From Azolla caroliniana (taxonomy: Eukaryota; Plantae; Polypodiophyta), in contig JBHGNT010000006.1 of assembly GCA_043228905.1 (NCBI GenBank), positions 21,204,001-21,268,000 of the forward strand: a stretch of DNA of 64,000 nt. Direction: 5' to 3'. A model generated the notes under the pieces. It was not told where the DNA came from. It searched no databases and saw only the letters and a list, made by a program, of their open reading frames with translations. This document shows, in pieces, positions 50,601-63,189 of this stretch. Position 1 is the first letter of the stretch; each line of letters opens with the position of its first letter. A program made the translations under genes and the position numbers.

Positions 50601-52420
50601 TTCATTTGTACAATAGCGGCATTTCTTAGAGGGCTCTCCACATCAGGTCATTGTCTTTAGCGATCATAAAAATCTTACTTATTTTCAGAACGCTCGCGTA
50701 CTAAATCGACGGCAAGCTCGGTGGGCGCAATTCCTCACGCGTTTCGACTTCAAAATCACATATCGACCGGGGAAGCAGCAAGGAAAAGCAGATGCACTAT
50801 CATGACGTTCATATCTTGCACCTCGTCCTGGTGATGCAACATTTGATAATCAAAAGCAAGTAATCTTGGGACCAACACGATTGCACATGACGCGGATTCA
50901 CGGATTACCGATGACATACGTGCAACCTTGAAGACGGATAGTTTTGCTCAAGTCATCCTGGCGCACATTGATACTTCTCGGGCATCCTGTTCTCGGTCTC
51001 AACAACCAGGTATTGACTACCGACAATTCGAATTTCACGATGGTTTGTTATTCTTTAAAAAGCGCGTATATGTCCTCGATTACTCCTGTCGCCTTCAAAT
51101 TGTCCAGCATTGTCACGACACCCATACGACGGGACATTTCGGTAGTACTAAGACGTTGGAGCTAGTGCAACGATCTTTTTGGTGGCCCCACATGCGCCGT
51201 TTTGTCGACGACTACGTTCGGACCTGTGATGCTTGCTGCCGAGCAAAGATGCCACGACACCATCCATATGGCTTGTTGGAACCCTTACCGATTCCAAGTA
51301 AGCCGTGGCAGTGTATTTGTCTTGATTTTATCACAGATCTGCCGGTCTCGAAGGGGTTCGATGCTATCCTAACCATTGTCATTCGATATACGAAGATGGC
51401 ACATTTTGTGCCGTGTACTAAAGCCATCACTAGCGAGGAAACCACCGCCCTTGTTATGCGTGAGGTATTTCGGCATCATGGCCTCCCAGACAGTATCATC
51501 AGTGACCGAGGACCGCAATTTGTCTCCAAATTTTGGCAACATCTCTTCAAGATGCTCAAGGTCTCCTGCAATCTCTCCTCCGGCTACCATCCTCAGACTG
51601 ACGGTCAGGCGGAACGAACAAACCAAACGTTGGAGCAATATCTCCGGTGTTTCCTAAGTTATCAACAGGACGATTGGGCCGAGATTCTCCACTTTGCGGA
51701 GTTTGCGTATAATAATGCTATTCACTCCTCGATTCGAGTCTCCCCATTTTTCGCTTATACCGGTTTCCATCCTCGTTGGTCGGTGATCGACACCCCGGAG
51801 CTACCTACCAACCCTCATGCTGAGGATCATTTGGAGAGGCTACGCAAGATCCAGATGGATCTCTCTACTCACCTTCATCATGCTCAACACACACAGAAGA
51901 CTTATGCGGATCGTCATCGGATTCCCTCCTCTTTTGCCATCGGAGATCGAGTATGGCTCTTACGTCGTCACATCAAGACTACTCGACCGTGCGACAAGTT
52001 GGATTATCGATGACTCGGTCCCTTCCGTATTACGGGTAAGATTAATGATGTCACATTCCGCCTTGATCTCCCTCTGCAGCTTCGGATACATCCGGTTTTC
52101 ATTGTTCTCTTCTTGAACCTTATAAAGCAAACACCATTCCCGATCGTGTGACACCACCGCCGCCCCCGTTGGAGTTGGACGCCGGCCCGGAGTATGAGTT
52201 GCTACCATCCTCGATCCCAAACTTGTTCGCAACAAACTTTATTACTTGGTCGATTGGCTCGGTTATAGTCCGAGCGAACGTACTTGGGAACCCGTCGAGC
52301 ATGTTGCCAATGCACAAGATCTTCTTGCTGATTTCCACCAAAAGTATCCAGACAAACTCGGTCCGTAATTAGCGCCGACTCGTTCCACTCGTCGTCTTTA
52401 AGGGGGAGATAGTGTCATGA

Positions 52421-52488
52421 TATGGCAAGACTCGAACCCATGACCTTATGCTACATGGGTCGAGCTCTTACCATTAGACTATGAATTG
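52421..52488 (-). promoter_or_regulatory. tRNA-like A/B-box module in the Gypsy E 3' LTR
   Basis: Identical to 47212-47279. Confidence 0.7.
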
Positions 52489-53346
52489 TAATTTGTAGGA
52501 TATTATTTTCATTTATACTTTATCATAGAAAATTGATGTATATTCTAGATCTCTCTAGAACATTCTAGAAGCTTCAGGATTATTCCTAAAAACACTATAA
52601 AAGGAGGCACAAGGCATTGTTTTGAACCAAATTGGTTCAACGCCAGTCTTAAGCCTCTCAGTTAATTTGTACTTACCTTTTCACATAATATAAGAGCTGT
52701 TGTCATCATCCTTCTCTCTCTCTCATTCTCGTTATCTCTCTCTCTCTCTCTCTCCTCTTCTCACTTCCTCTCTCGGGAATCTTACGCAGTCCCATCCCCT
52801 TAGTACTAATAGTACTGCTCTTCTTTAGTACTAATTCCATCTCTGCTTTAGTACTATTCCTGACAGGTGGAGGTCATGCAACTAAAGTAAACGCCATGTG
52901 GGACGCATACAATGGAACTGGAGATGCAAACTGAAGTTCCTTCATACAAGTGTATTTGCGGGAACCAAACTAGGAATCCTAATTTTCTTAGGGGGACCAT
53001 CCATCAATCAAAGATATCGCCCAAAAACCCTAAATTTCCTATCGAATCCAAAAACCGTAAATTTCCTATTGAATCCAAAGACCATAATTTTCAGATCAAA
53101 GCCATATCTTTCATATAACCCTAATTTTCCATACGGAAGCTATATCTCTCAAAAGCCCTAAATTTCTTATCTAAGCCATATCTTGGAAAACCCTAACCCT
53201 ATTATTTTTTTCTTATCGAAGCCTCATAATTCCTTAACTTATATAATCCCAATCTTGGGATAGATTGTAATTTTTCTCTTTCTTTACTAATAAAATTGAT
53301 CAAACTTTGTCATATCAGTTAAATCTTAATACAAAAACGTACAAAT

Positions 53347-55000
53347 TTGATATCCTCTAGTCGAAGGCCCAAGGGGTCTTGCCTCAAGTTCACGTGTCCT
53401 TGTCGTATTTTCGCGGCACCATTATATGCCGAAAGCATGAATATTTTGGAAGGGCTTGCCGATGAGGAGGTAGATCACTACCTTGATGAAAACCCAAGGA
53501 TAGTCCCTCTGTTCGAAGTGGACGTAACAGAGGCAGTGTCCCCATATATTGGGCAACCGAAGGATGTTGGTGAGGAGCCGGATAGGGACGCGATCCAGGA
53601 ACTGCGACAAGCACAAGAGGCCCTAGAGCGGGAGATGGCGGTATCACAACGGGTCAAAGCATCACAATTGGAAGAAGTGAATTTGGGAACCAACGAAGAA
53701 GCAAGACCGGTGCAGGTGGCCAAAGAAATGCCACGGGAGGAGAAATCGGCAATGATCACATTATTGAAAGAATTCCGAGATGTATTTGTGTGGTCATATG
53801 AAGACATGTGGGGACTGGACCCGCAATTATATCAGCACCAGATTCATTTAAGCAAGGATGCGAAACCGATAGCCTAGAGACGTTACCGGATGAATACGAA
53901 TTACGCGGCTAAAGGTAAAGAGGAGATCGACAAGTTGCTGCGGGTTGGGTTCATCTGGCTAGTGAAGAAAACCATCTAGCTAAGCCCGATCGTGGTGGTA
54001 CCGACGAAAAACGGAAAGATCCGGGTCTATGTGGATTACCAGAAATTGAATGCTGCCACTATCACTGATGCATTCCCGCTCCCATTCACGGATGGAGTCT
54101 TGGATGTGGTAGCAGGCCACGAGGTGTATAGCTTCCTCGACGGATTCAACGGGTATAACCAAATCAAGATGCACTCGGACGATTAGGAGAAAACAATGTT
54201 CGTCACCGAATGGGGAGTCTTTGTAGCGGTCGTGATGATGTTCGGAATGAAGACGGCACCGACCACGTTCCAACGAATCATCATGGAAATTTTCGGGGAA
54301 TTTATCCCAACGTTTATGCAGGTGTTCTTGGATGACTTTGCGGTGTACAACAGGAAAGGAGAACATCTCGACCATCTCCGGTTATGCCTAGAGAAATGCA
54401 GAGATTACCGGCTAACTCTGAACCCCACGAAATGCATATTCGGGGTAACCAGCGGCACGCTACTAGGCCATATTGTGAGTAAGGACGGGATTGCGGTGGA
54501 CCCGGATAAAGTTAAAAGCATTTTGGAAGCACCGGCACCAACAACCGCAAAAGCTTTAAGCTGGTTTTTAGGGCAAATCCGGTGGCATAGCCGGATGCTC
54601 CGATACTTGGCTGATCTTGCGACACCACTACACGCAGCTGTACACCAGACACCTTTCCAATGGATAGAAGCGAAGGATAAGGCATACCATGCGCTCAAAA
54701 TAATGCTGTCCCAAGCACCGGTCGTACAACCCTCGGATTGGTCGAAGGAATTTCATGTGTTCGTGGACGCATCTGATATCGCGTTTGACAACGTTCTTAT
54801 GCAGCTCACCGAACCAAAGTGGTATCGGCCGGTTTACTGTGCCAGTCGAAAGCTCTTCCAAGCGGAACGAAATTATTCAACAACGGAAAGGGAAGCCTTG
54901 GGAATGATATATAGCGTAACGATGTTCTGTCACTATTTGTTGGGACAAAAATTCTCATTCCACGTAGATCATTCGACTTTACTTTACTTGGTTTCCAAGG
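53347..55000 (+). pseudogene. Athila/Tat-like Ty3/gypsy RT-RNase H fragment (integrase deleted)
   Basis: VNLGT..FVWSYEDMWGLDP, FLDGFNGYNQI, VFLDDF, VFVDASD and NYSTTEREALG. Confidence 0.9.
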
Positions 55001-55284
55001 CAAAAATGAACAGACACCTCGAAACGGTGTGACATAAATCATTTAAAGCCTACCACGTGTCACACAACCACTATTAAAAGCACACAACGTGCATGCGCGG
55101 GAATCGAAAAAAGGTGGCAAGAATGGGAACAAAAAACCTTCGCATAACAAAGTCTCTCTCATTTCACGAACAAAGAGCACTTAGCACATAGAGGCGAATA
55201 CAGGTGATTAGGCGAACGCCAGAAGCTACCACAAGCACACCAAAGCTCTCCACCACCACCGAAATAGAGGACAAGCTAGAGCCT

Positions 55285-57588
55285 ATGGCACTTTCCGAGA
55301 TGGCCAAGAAATGGTTCACGCAACATGGCTTGGAGGGCTTCCTACGGATAGTAGAGGCACCTCTGCACGAAGAAGTGGAAAAGGTCGCGAAGAAGATTGA
55401 CCTAGAAGTAATCACGGAGAAGGCCATCCGCGCCTTAATTGGATTGCTAGAGGGAGGGATCTACTCCATTGACAATCCTTCCCCAAAGACGCTGACAAAG
55501 TTCTTCGGGGAGTATTCCCTGGCCAGCAAAGCGTACTGGACACAGGGCGGCGACGACGCCTTATTCCTAGAAGTAGCTCGTGTGCTCCACGAGTATGGGT
55601 TTGTGCACCCCTGACCCCCGGCAATGCCAAAGAACAAAGCCGGATTCATCATCGCCACATACGAAGGGGTAAAGGTGGATTGGCCCGTAATCATCACTGA
55701 TTGTTTGCGAGTGACCATACAATCGATGGTAAATGGCAAGAAGGTGTGGACAACAGTGGCTCAATGGCTCACTCTCCTGGTACCGCTGGTGGGGACATTA
55801 AAGGCAAAGACGTGGGGCCGAACGACTAATACGACGCCAAACAAGCCATCGAAGCGGCAACAACTCCTTGCCAAGCACATGCTCGGTTGGACAGAGGGAG
55901 GTTCATCACAGAAAGGGAAGGAGTAGCCTAGTCGGAAGAGGCAGGTGGAGATAGAGGCACCGATAGAGCAACCGGTTAGGTCTCTTAAAATCAAATTGTG
56001 TCGGCAAGAGCAAGAGCCGCCTAACTTGGCTCAAGGTATAAACATGAGAACCCAAGAGGAGAAGGTGGAGGAAGAACCCACCAACACTCCCCTACATCGC
56101 TAGAAGAGGAGCGACTTAGAGCAGAAGGGGGACGAATCGGGACCGGTAAAAGACAGCACATCGACACCCCACTCCGAGGAACCAGAGCCAATGAAGGAAA
56201 CAGAGCTTGATGGCTAGTAACGGCAAGGGAAGTACCAATCTCATCGGGTCGACAGGCACAACAAAAAAAGGTGTTTAAGCTAGAAACAACAATCCAACCA
56301 GGGGTTGTGGCGATAGCAGAGCCAACACCGCAACCGGAACCGGCAAGGCAACAAGGCACCGACAGTCAATGGTTGCAATGGATCGGAGAGCAAGTGGCCG
56401 GGGTTGTAAGTCAAATTGAAGCAGAAGAGAGAGCACAACGGGATCGGTTGTTCGCCACAACTGAAGAACTCGAGAAGGCCCGGTCAAGGATCCGGAGCAT
56501 GGAGGAAGAAATTCAGAAGGCCAAAGCAGACACGGCCAAATAGGTCAGTCAAGGGCCGACAGGACCAGAACCGGTGGTGCCGGTGACTGAGTAGACAGAT
56601 AACACGCCGGTAGCTCCTATAGCACCAGACACAAGCATCACACGGGAGGAAGAACTCTCCACTCTCAGGGAAGAGTTAGAAGCCTAGGAAGCCTTGAGAG
56701 CTAGAGAATTAGAGCAGAAGAAGGCAACGGAGGATGAGAAACGAAGACTTGAAGAAAATCTCCGGAAAAAGCTGCCAATTAAATGACCGGTTGAAGGAAG
56801 AAAAGGAGAAGCTGCTACAAGAGAAGGATAAGCTCCGACGATCGGCGGGAACCGAAATCAAGCGGCTCAAAGAAGAACTCCGACAACAAAAAGACTGGGA
56901 AGATCGCGCCCAACACCAAATAAACCAAAAGCTGAAGCAGAAGACGATGGATTTTGAACGATTGCACCGGGATCACAAGTATTTGGATGCAAACACAAGA
57001 AGTTGATGATAGAAGGTGACTGGCAGCAGGAGAAGGTAAGGGAACTCCGGAGGAAGTCAATAGGGCGACGGAGGCATTGGTGGAAGAACGGACCAAGACC
57101 GTCGACATGGCAAAGGCATTGGAAGAAGCGGCAAGGGACCGGATGGAGCTCAATTGGCAACATTATGAGGAGAGGGAACGAGCAAAGATGGCACTGAACA
57201 GAGTTCAAACCATTTATCAAACTCAATTCCTGGAATATGAGGTGTAGGCATAGGCAACTGTTGGCCTAAAAAAGATGTTAAAGGAGGAAAAGCAGGTTGC
57301 CGAGGACAAATCCAAGATGGGGCTCGACCGGATCTGTGCCATTGTGCTGGCATGGAAAGAACGAACAAAGAGTATGATTGCTGAAAGCTCAGTGCAATGG
57401 TGGTCAAAATGGACACACAAGCGGCGGAATTACAGACGCTGCGAGCGGATGCGGAAAACCAGAGAAAGGACGGTGACAACTTCTACAAGATAGATGCAAA
57501 GAGTATTGTAACCATATGGGAGGAGTTGTCAGATGATTTGTTGTCCCTGGTAGGCGAACAATTGGCGGCTGGTAGAACAACTAGATGA
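55285..57588 (+). pseudogene. Extra ORF, copy 2 (downstream of RT-RNase H, same sense)
   Basis: 55000-57650 is the inverted, highly similar copy of 28435-25790. Confidence 0.75.
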
Positions 57589-57651
57589 TGACTAGATTGG
57601 CACTCAACTCCAACTCGAGCGATACGAGCGGGAGCAAAGACAACAGATAGC

Positions 57652-57893
57652 AGACTATTGTTGAACCGAATTGGTTTGGAATAATGTCGTTTGCATGTAT
57701 TTATAGTGTTGTCAAGATTACTCTTGAAGTTTCTAGAATGTTCCATAGCAATCTAGAATATACATGAAGTTCCTATAGAAATAATAAATGAAACTAATAT
57801 TTTTTGTATTACAATTCATAGTTTAATGGCAAGGGTTTAGCCCATATAACACAAGGTCATGGGTTCGAATCCCTTTGGAGCAATATCATGACA
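57652..57893 (-). mobile_element. Diverged partial LTR of the Gypsy E family retaining the A/B boxes
   Basis: Aligns to the rc of 47204-47440 and ends ATCATGACA. A box TAGTTTAATGG at 57819-57829; B box GGTTCGAATCC at 57862-57872. Confidence 0.8.
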
Positions 57894-58520
57894 CTCATCT
57901 TGTCGGTCACCAGGCCGATAATCGCCTCTTCGATTATCCTCTTATCTGCTATCATTCTGATTCTGCTGATTATCATCTTGTCGCTCTGACTGATACCTAT
58001 TATCATCTTTTGGGCCATCGTCGTTATGCGACGGATTCTGATTTTCCAAATAATTATTGTCAGGATAAATTTGCCGAACTGGTGTGCCTGTTTTATTAAG
58101 CAAAGTATACTCACATTGCTCGACCGAATAAGCATTGGAATGGAAATTCGTACAATGAATCTGTAGCATGCATTCTATTTTCGAATGCCTTGACTTGAGG
58201 CAAGTCGTACATTGAACAACTGGCCTAAATCGGAGCTCGTCCAATGTAGGTAAGTTGTCGTGTAACGCAGACATGTTCATACAGTTATGATTGTGCATCC
58301 AATCCATTGCTAGAGCTTTATTTGGAGTCGTAAATTTTGAAAGTGGATCACAAATTCTAATACCAATTCATGTGACTCCTGATAGGCCGCATAGAACAAA
58401 CCTATTAGATCCTTCTAGGGAATCATGCGATGAAACAATTGTGTAAATTTTTCCTTTAATGGTTTGAATGAGTCAAACGCTTTTGGCCCATTCTAGGCAT
58501 ACCAATTTGCCAACGGACGA

Positions 58521-61348
58521 TGTTGTTGGGGTGGGGGGTGAAGTCCCAAGGGGAGTTACGTTAGAGGGAAAGAAGGAGAGAGTGAGAGAGATGACACCAA
58601 AATGAGGGGGAAAGAAGCTATTCATTACATACCTCATAGAGGGTTTATATAATACATCCTCTGTAATGGTTACATGACCGTTATAAATAAGACCGTTACA
58701 CATTCTTGTACACATGCACATAATTGTGCATGTGTCCATACACATACTCATCCTCACACACTCAGTTACTTTACACATACACATCAACCACATCATTACA
58801 CATACCCTTATGCCTCCCCGTATATTCTTACGGGTAACACATGGCACACCTGTGGGATAGTGCATTGCACAGTGAACCCACTCTCCATGTGGCAACTCTT
58901 CTCGACCGGAACTCCATCGGTCGTCACAACGGTCGAAAATTCCTCAACCGGATCACTGCTCTATGATCGATAACTTCGATCGGAGCTTTGCTTGACTCGA
59001 ACCTTCTCGTTCGGTCAGCACAAGTTACGATTGGATCATACACCAATCGGCTAGTTCACTGTGGCATGGATTGTGAAATCGTGTTGTGCATTTGTGTATT
59101 ATTTCATCATGTGAAGTGAGTTTTATATTTTTTACCCTTTGGTCTTTAAAATTTTGCCCTCAAATTAAAAAAAAAAAATTATTTTATGCCCTTGAATTTT
59201 CGAAATTCTTTACAATACCCTTGTCATTTAGTGTTTTACCCTTCTTTTCTTGTTTTGTCCTTTCTTTCCTCTTTGTTTCTATTTGTAGCTATTTGTTAAT
59301 TCTCACCTCTTGTTCCTCACATTCTTCTTCTTTGTTTGCGTTCGCTTTACCTCAATCATCCGAATTGATTACACCATGTGGGATCTCAGAGGTGTTGCTT
59401 ATGTGAGATTGAAGGAGATCTGAAATCATGCTCATAATCATGGTCTCTATCATGATCTCTGGATTGAGCAACCAATTGTCGTAATACTACCTTGATTGCA
59501 TGTGCTATGTCCTTGATGATTCTTCCACGCCTCCCTGTGTGAGCTTATTATCAGATCAGTAATTATACTCATCCAACGGCGGTGGCGACAACAATTACGG
59601 CGGCGGCGGCGATGGCGGCAACGATTGCGGAATTGATCTCTTCATCAAGAAGGGAGGGAGGAACCACGCAGCTGATCCTTCCTTCTCTACCTCAAGGGAT
59701 CCTCAATTCACGTAAAAGGACCATTCTGATGCAGTAGTAGTATTGGAGTTTCAGATCATTGAAATACTCACAAATTTTGCTATGGAAACCTCACTTGGTG
59801 GTGGATAATGATCCACACTGGCCCATAGAACAAATGGGTGAGGATCATCATTTTGCAAACTAAATTCTCCATCATTCTTTGTGTAATATGTTGAGGGATA
59901 TTTGAGTATGTAAAGACGATGCATGACTGTGGGTGGTAAGAGAGTGAAATGCTTTTCTCCTATAACCATTACCTATAGATTCTCATAGTGATCTTTGTGG
60001 AAGGACTTGACTGATTTTATTTATTTATTATTTTAGTGCCAATCCATAGATTAACTGCTTCAGGCATACATCCCAACGCTTCTCCAATCCTTCTTCTCCC
60101 CCATCAATCTCATCCACGAGTATGGAAAAACCCAGTGATGCCTGATTCCTTACCGCCTTCCTCAAATCTCTCCTCCATAAGGTTTGGCCTTTCCTCAAGC
60201 TCAAGTAGCTTCAGTGACCACAACATGTCGGGCAACATATCTCAGAGCTTTTGAATCGAGTCTTCCATATCTTCAAATCCCACAATTACGTTGACAAACA
60301 TATTTTGTCGCCACATCTCGTCAAAGCCATCATGGAAGACATCCAAAACCAGATCCCACTCGCATGTGTCCGACAGGCGGTGACGATCGATGTAGGCTGT
60401 GAGACCGAGGAGGAGGCACGACAGTTGCTTGATCTTTAACTGGTGGCTCTCGCCTAGCAGATGCTTCCCTTGTATAGATCCAAGGTGCAGATGTTCGCCT
60501 ATACATAAAGGAGATTGACGATTTTGATGGATGTGATGCACTCCTTGATGACGGAGAGCAGTAATACACGCTCAATCTTCTGCCACCACCGAATCAGGAT
60601 TCTACATCTCAGATGTTGCAAGTGTATTAGGTCAAGAAGACAAGATCTTAGCATAACCAACGATGCATCCATACACAACCTAGGACAATCTGTCAGGTTT
60701 TAATGTATCTCTCCACCTTGGGAAGCTGCATGGCAGCATGAAACACTAAATTTAGTGGTTGATAGTAGACAAGAAAAACTACACATATGCCAATGGGGTG
60801 CGAGTCTCCAAATCTTCACGTTAGGAGAGAGGGCTTTAGGACAAGATCTTTGATTGATGTAGAGGAGCTTGAAATATGCACAAGGCTATGAAAGCTTCAA
60901 GCGAGAAAAGGCAAAGAAGGGGAACACTCCATTGCAGAGAGAGTAACTGAAAGGGATTGAGAGAGGGAGAGAGAAGAACTTCCTCTCAAGGGAGGTTCGG
61001 TTGTTCGTGCGTGCCAAAAGTGTTGTTGGGGTGGGGGGTGAAGCTATTCCTCCCAAGGGGAGTTACGATAGAGAGAAAGAAGGAGAGAGTGAAAGAGAGA
61101 TGACACCAAAATGAGGGGGAAAAAAGCTATTCATTACATACCCCATAGGGGGTTTATATAATACATCCAATGTAACGGTTACATGACCGTTATATATAAC
61201 ACCGTTACACATTCTTGTACATATGCACATAATTGTGTATGTGTCCATACACATACTCTTCCTCACACACTCATTTACTTTACACATACACATCAACCAC
61301 ATCATTACACATACCCTTATGCCTCCCTATATATTCTTACGGGTAATA
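58521..61348 (-). mobile_element. Non-autonomous LTR element (TRIM/LARD-like) with captured host sequence
   Basis: ~320-bp direct repeats at 58521-58839 and 61021-61348 (TG..CA/TA). Flanks GACGA/GACCA. Minus-strand TATATAAA followed by a CT-rich leader. No gag/pol inside. Confidence 0.8.
59760..60085 (-). pseudogene. Captured fragment of a JMJD7/JMJ32-type JmjC (cupin) oxygenase gene
   Basis: [57 protein letters not shown], including the HxD iron-binding motif. Confidence 0.85.
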
Positions 61349-62122
61349 GACCATCCAATGATAGGATGAACTCAACAATTTTTTATTTTTGATCGACTGT
61401 TGCGGATAGTCGTAATGCTACATGGTTCACTTCCCATGTGGTTAGAAAATCTCTTATCTCCGCTTCCGCATCAATGCTATCTTTGTATCTCAAGTAAGGG
61501 TACGACATATCGTCGTCGTCCCAAATGTCGAAAAAAGAACCTTGCTCAGACTATTCCTTGTCGGAATGATTATCTGTTAAATCTGGAATTCTACTCCACT
61601 CTTGATCAACTTGTTCGAAATTGTCAACACCACCTTTTGTGACACGTTGAGGCTTTGCTTGACAGGTGTTTGCGGACTAGACGACATCCATTCCACCTTG
61701 TTCGCTGCCTATTGCAGATGTAATCGGGCGTGCCAAAATTATTGTGTTGTTCGATTGACTATCAATTATTGTGCCTAGCCGACACAATATGTCGAACGTT
61801 CTGATCCAAACATTCTATCAAGATGATTGTGGTAGAAGGATGGATAGACGTACTAGCCACTAATTCCGACTTAGTATTTGAGTAACAATAGCCACACATA
61901 TAGACTGTCGACACATATAGATAACCTAAGCACTAACTTATATTAATACCAAAATAGAACGATAGAGATACAATGCTCTTAGTCCCTTTTTATAGGTAAC
62001 CCTAGAGTCATTTACCAAGAATACACTTGCCCTTGTTCGGCAAGAACTACTACAAATTTGTCTAAATAATTCTAATATATCTATTTTTGTCTACTTGGCA
62101 AAATGTTGACTCATTGGTCCGT

Positions 62123-63189
62123 TGTTGTGAAGATTCTGGGCCATAGGAGGAAACGGTGTGAAACACGCGGGAACAAGAGTGTGCACGAGTGCACATTCCT
62201 ATTGAATTAAACTATGTAAATACTAGGTATTGGTAGGATGAGGGGTGCTAGGTAGTTAGAGAATTAATAAGAGTTCCGACATCGCGTTGGGGGGAGAGTT
62301 ACGAGGAGAGCGAATCGAGGAGAGAATGTAGGGAGGATAATGACATGTCTTAAAGGCTTTTGTAATGGTCGCTCCTTGCGCTATAAAAGGCGCGGCCTTA
62401 GACTGTTTTAGGAGACGATTGGGAGGAGGAGAAGAGAAGCAAAGGAGCTCTACACTCCATCACCGGCTCTGATTCGGTTGTAATAGTTTATTGCGCCGTG
62501 CGCGCGTTTTGGTTAATATAAGCCTATCTACTTAATACAAGTTGTTCACTGCGTCTCTGTCTATTTGTCTGCGTGGGTGTCCGTGGCTACGCACGACACT
62601 TTACCTCTCTCTCTCTCTCTCTCTCTCTCACTCTTTCACTACATTTCTCTGTTTACCCATGGTCTTGGAGCCTCCGCGAAGTGCGAACTCTTTCCCCCCT
62701 CACTTCCCTGATTCCTTGGTTCAAGTCCCCCGTGGTCATGCCTCATTTCTACACATCCGCGCGGATTTTCGCGACATCATTGGTGAACCCGATGTGAAAG
62801 GGGGCGGCAAAGGAATCCGAAAAATGAGAGGGAGTGAACTTGCAGAAGCAATGGGAGTGGCGGTAGACTGCCTAGTTAGCGTTCGCGACGGCATGAGTGC
62901 CCTTGACAGGGCCATAGAAGCAATGGCCGACAAGATAGGCCGGTTTAGTGGGAAAGACGCCACTAGTTACTTAGAGGCCTAAAAATCCGAAATGCAAATG
63001 AGCATCCATATGGAGATGATCGAAATACAAGCAGGTTGCCGCGATTGGGCAGACTTCGCGGAGCAAGTTCTCGAAAGGTACAACTATGATGACTCACTCC
63101 GATTGTCGAGAAAGGACTTTGTGGATTGGGTTAACAGCCTTGACAAGGGTCATAACGCTTTGGCGCTCCTCTAGGAGTTCGAGTCGCGG
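62123..63189 (+). mobile_element. Trp-primed Gypsy 5' end: LTR 62123-62776, PBS 62781-62798, gag start
   Basis: Termini TGTTGTGAAGAT..TTCGCGACA; TATAAAA ~62383; PBS TGGTGAACCCGATGTGAA. GRFSGKDATSYLEA is homologous to Gypsy D gag GQFDGRNITKFLDA. Confidence 0.85.

Larger units (their letters stand above)
47204..52865 (+). mobile_element. Gypsy E: Tf1/Tcn1-like chromovirus, full length, decayed
   Basis: 453-bp LTRs at 47204-47656 and 52413-52865 (about 10 mismatches by eye). TSD GGTGG. PPT AAGGGGGAGATAG. Gag from 47698 with [14 protein letters not shown], protease ALLDSGA, RT YLDD, RNase H ADASD, integrase, and chromodomain (YYLVDWLGYSPSERTWEP, ~52190-52360). Confidence 0.97.
46290..53345 (+). 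repeat. Diverged D-family-like LTR region (46290-47203 + 52866-53345) split by Gypsy E; contains GC-rich and AAACCCTAA-type tandem repeats
   Basis: 46295-46600 is the reverse-complement homolog of 38640-38945. GAGCCGGCAA(T/C)CGG repeats at 46630-47080. aaaccctaaatttcctatc repeats at 53020-53200. Confidence 0.55.
57894..62120 (-). mobile_element. Old tRNA-Arg-primed LTR element remnant (LTR-like ~61743-62120, PBS, gag-like knuckles) interrupted by 58521-61348
   Basis: PBS-like TGGCACGCCCG (rc 61725-61735). PTLDELRFRPVVQCTTCLKSRHSKIEC in ORF 58307-57942. Confidence 0.55.
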
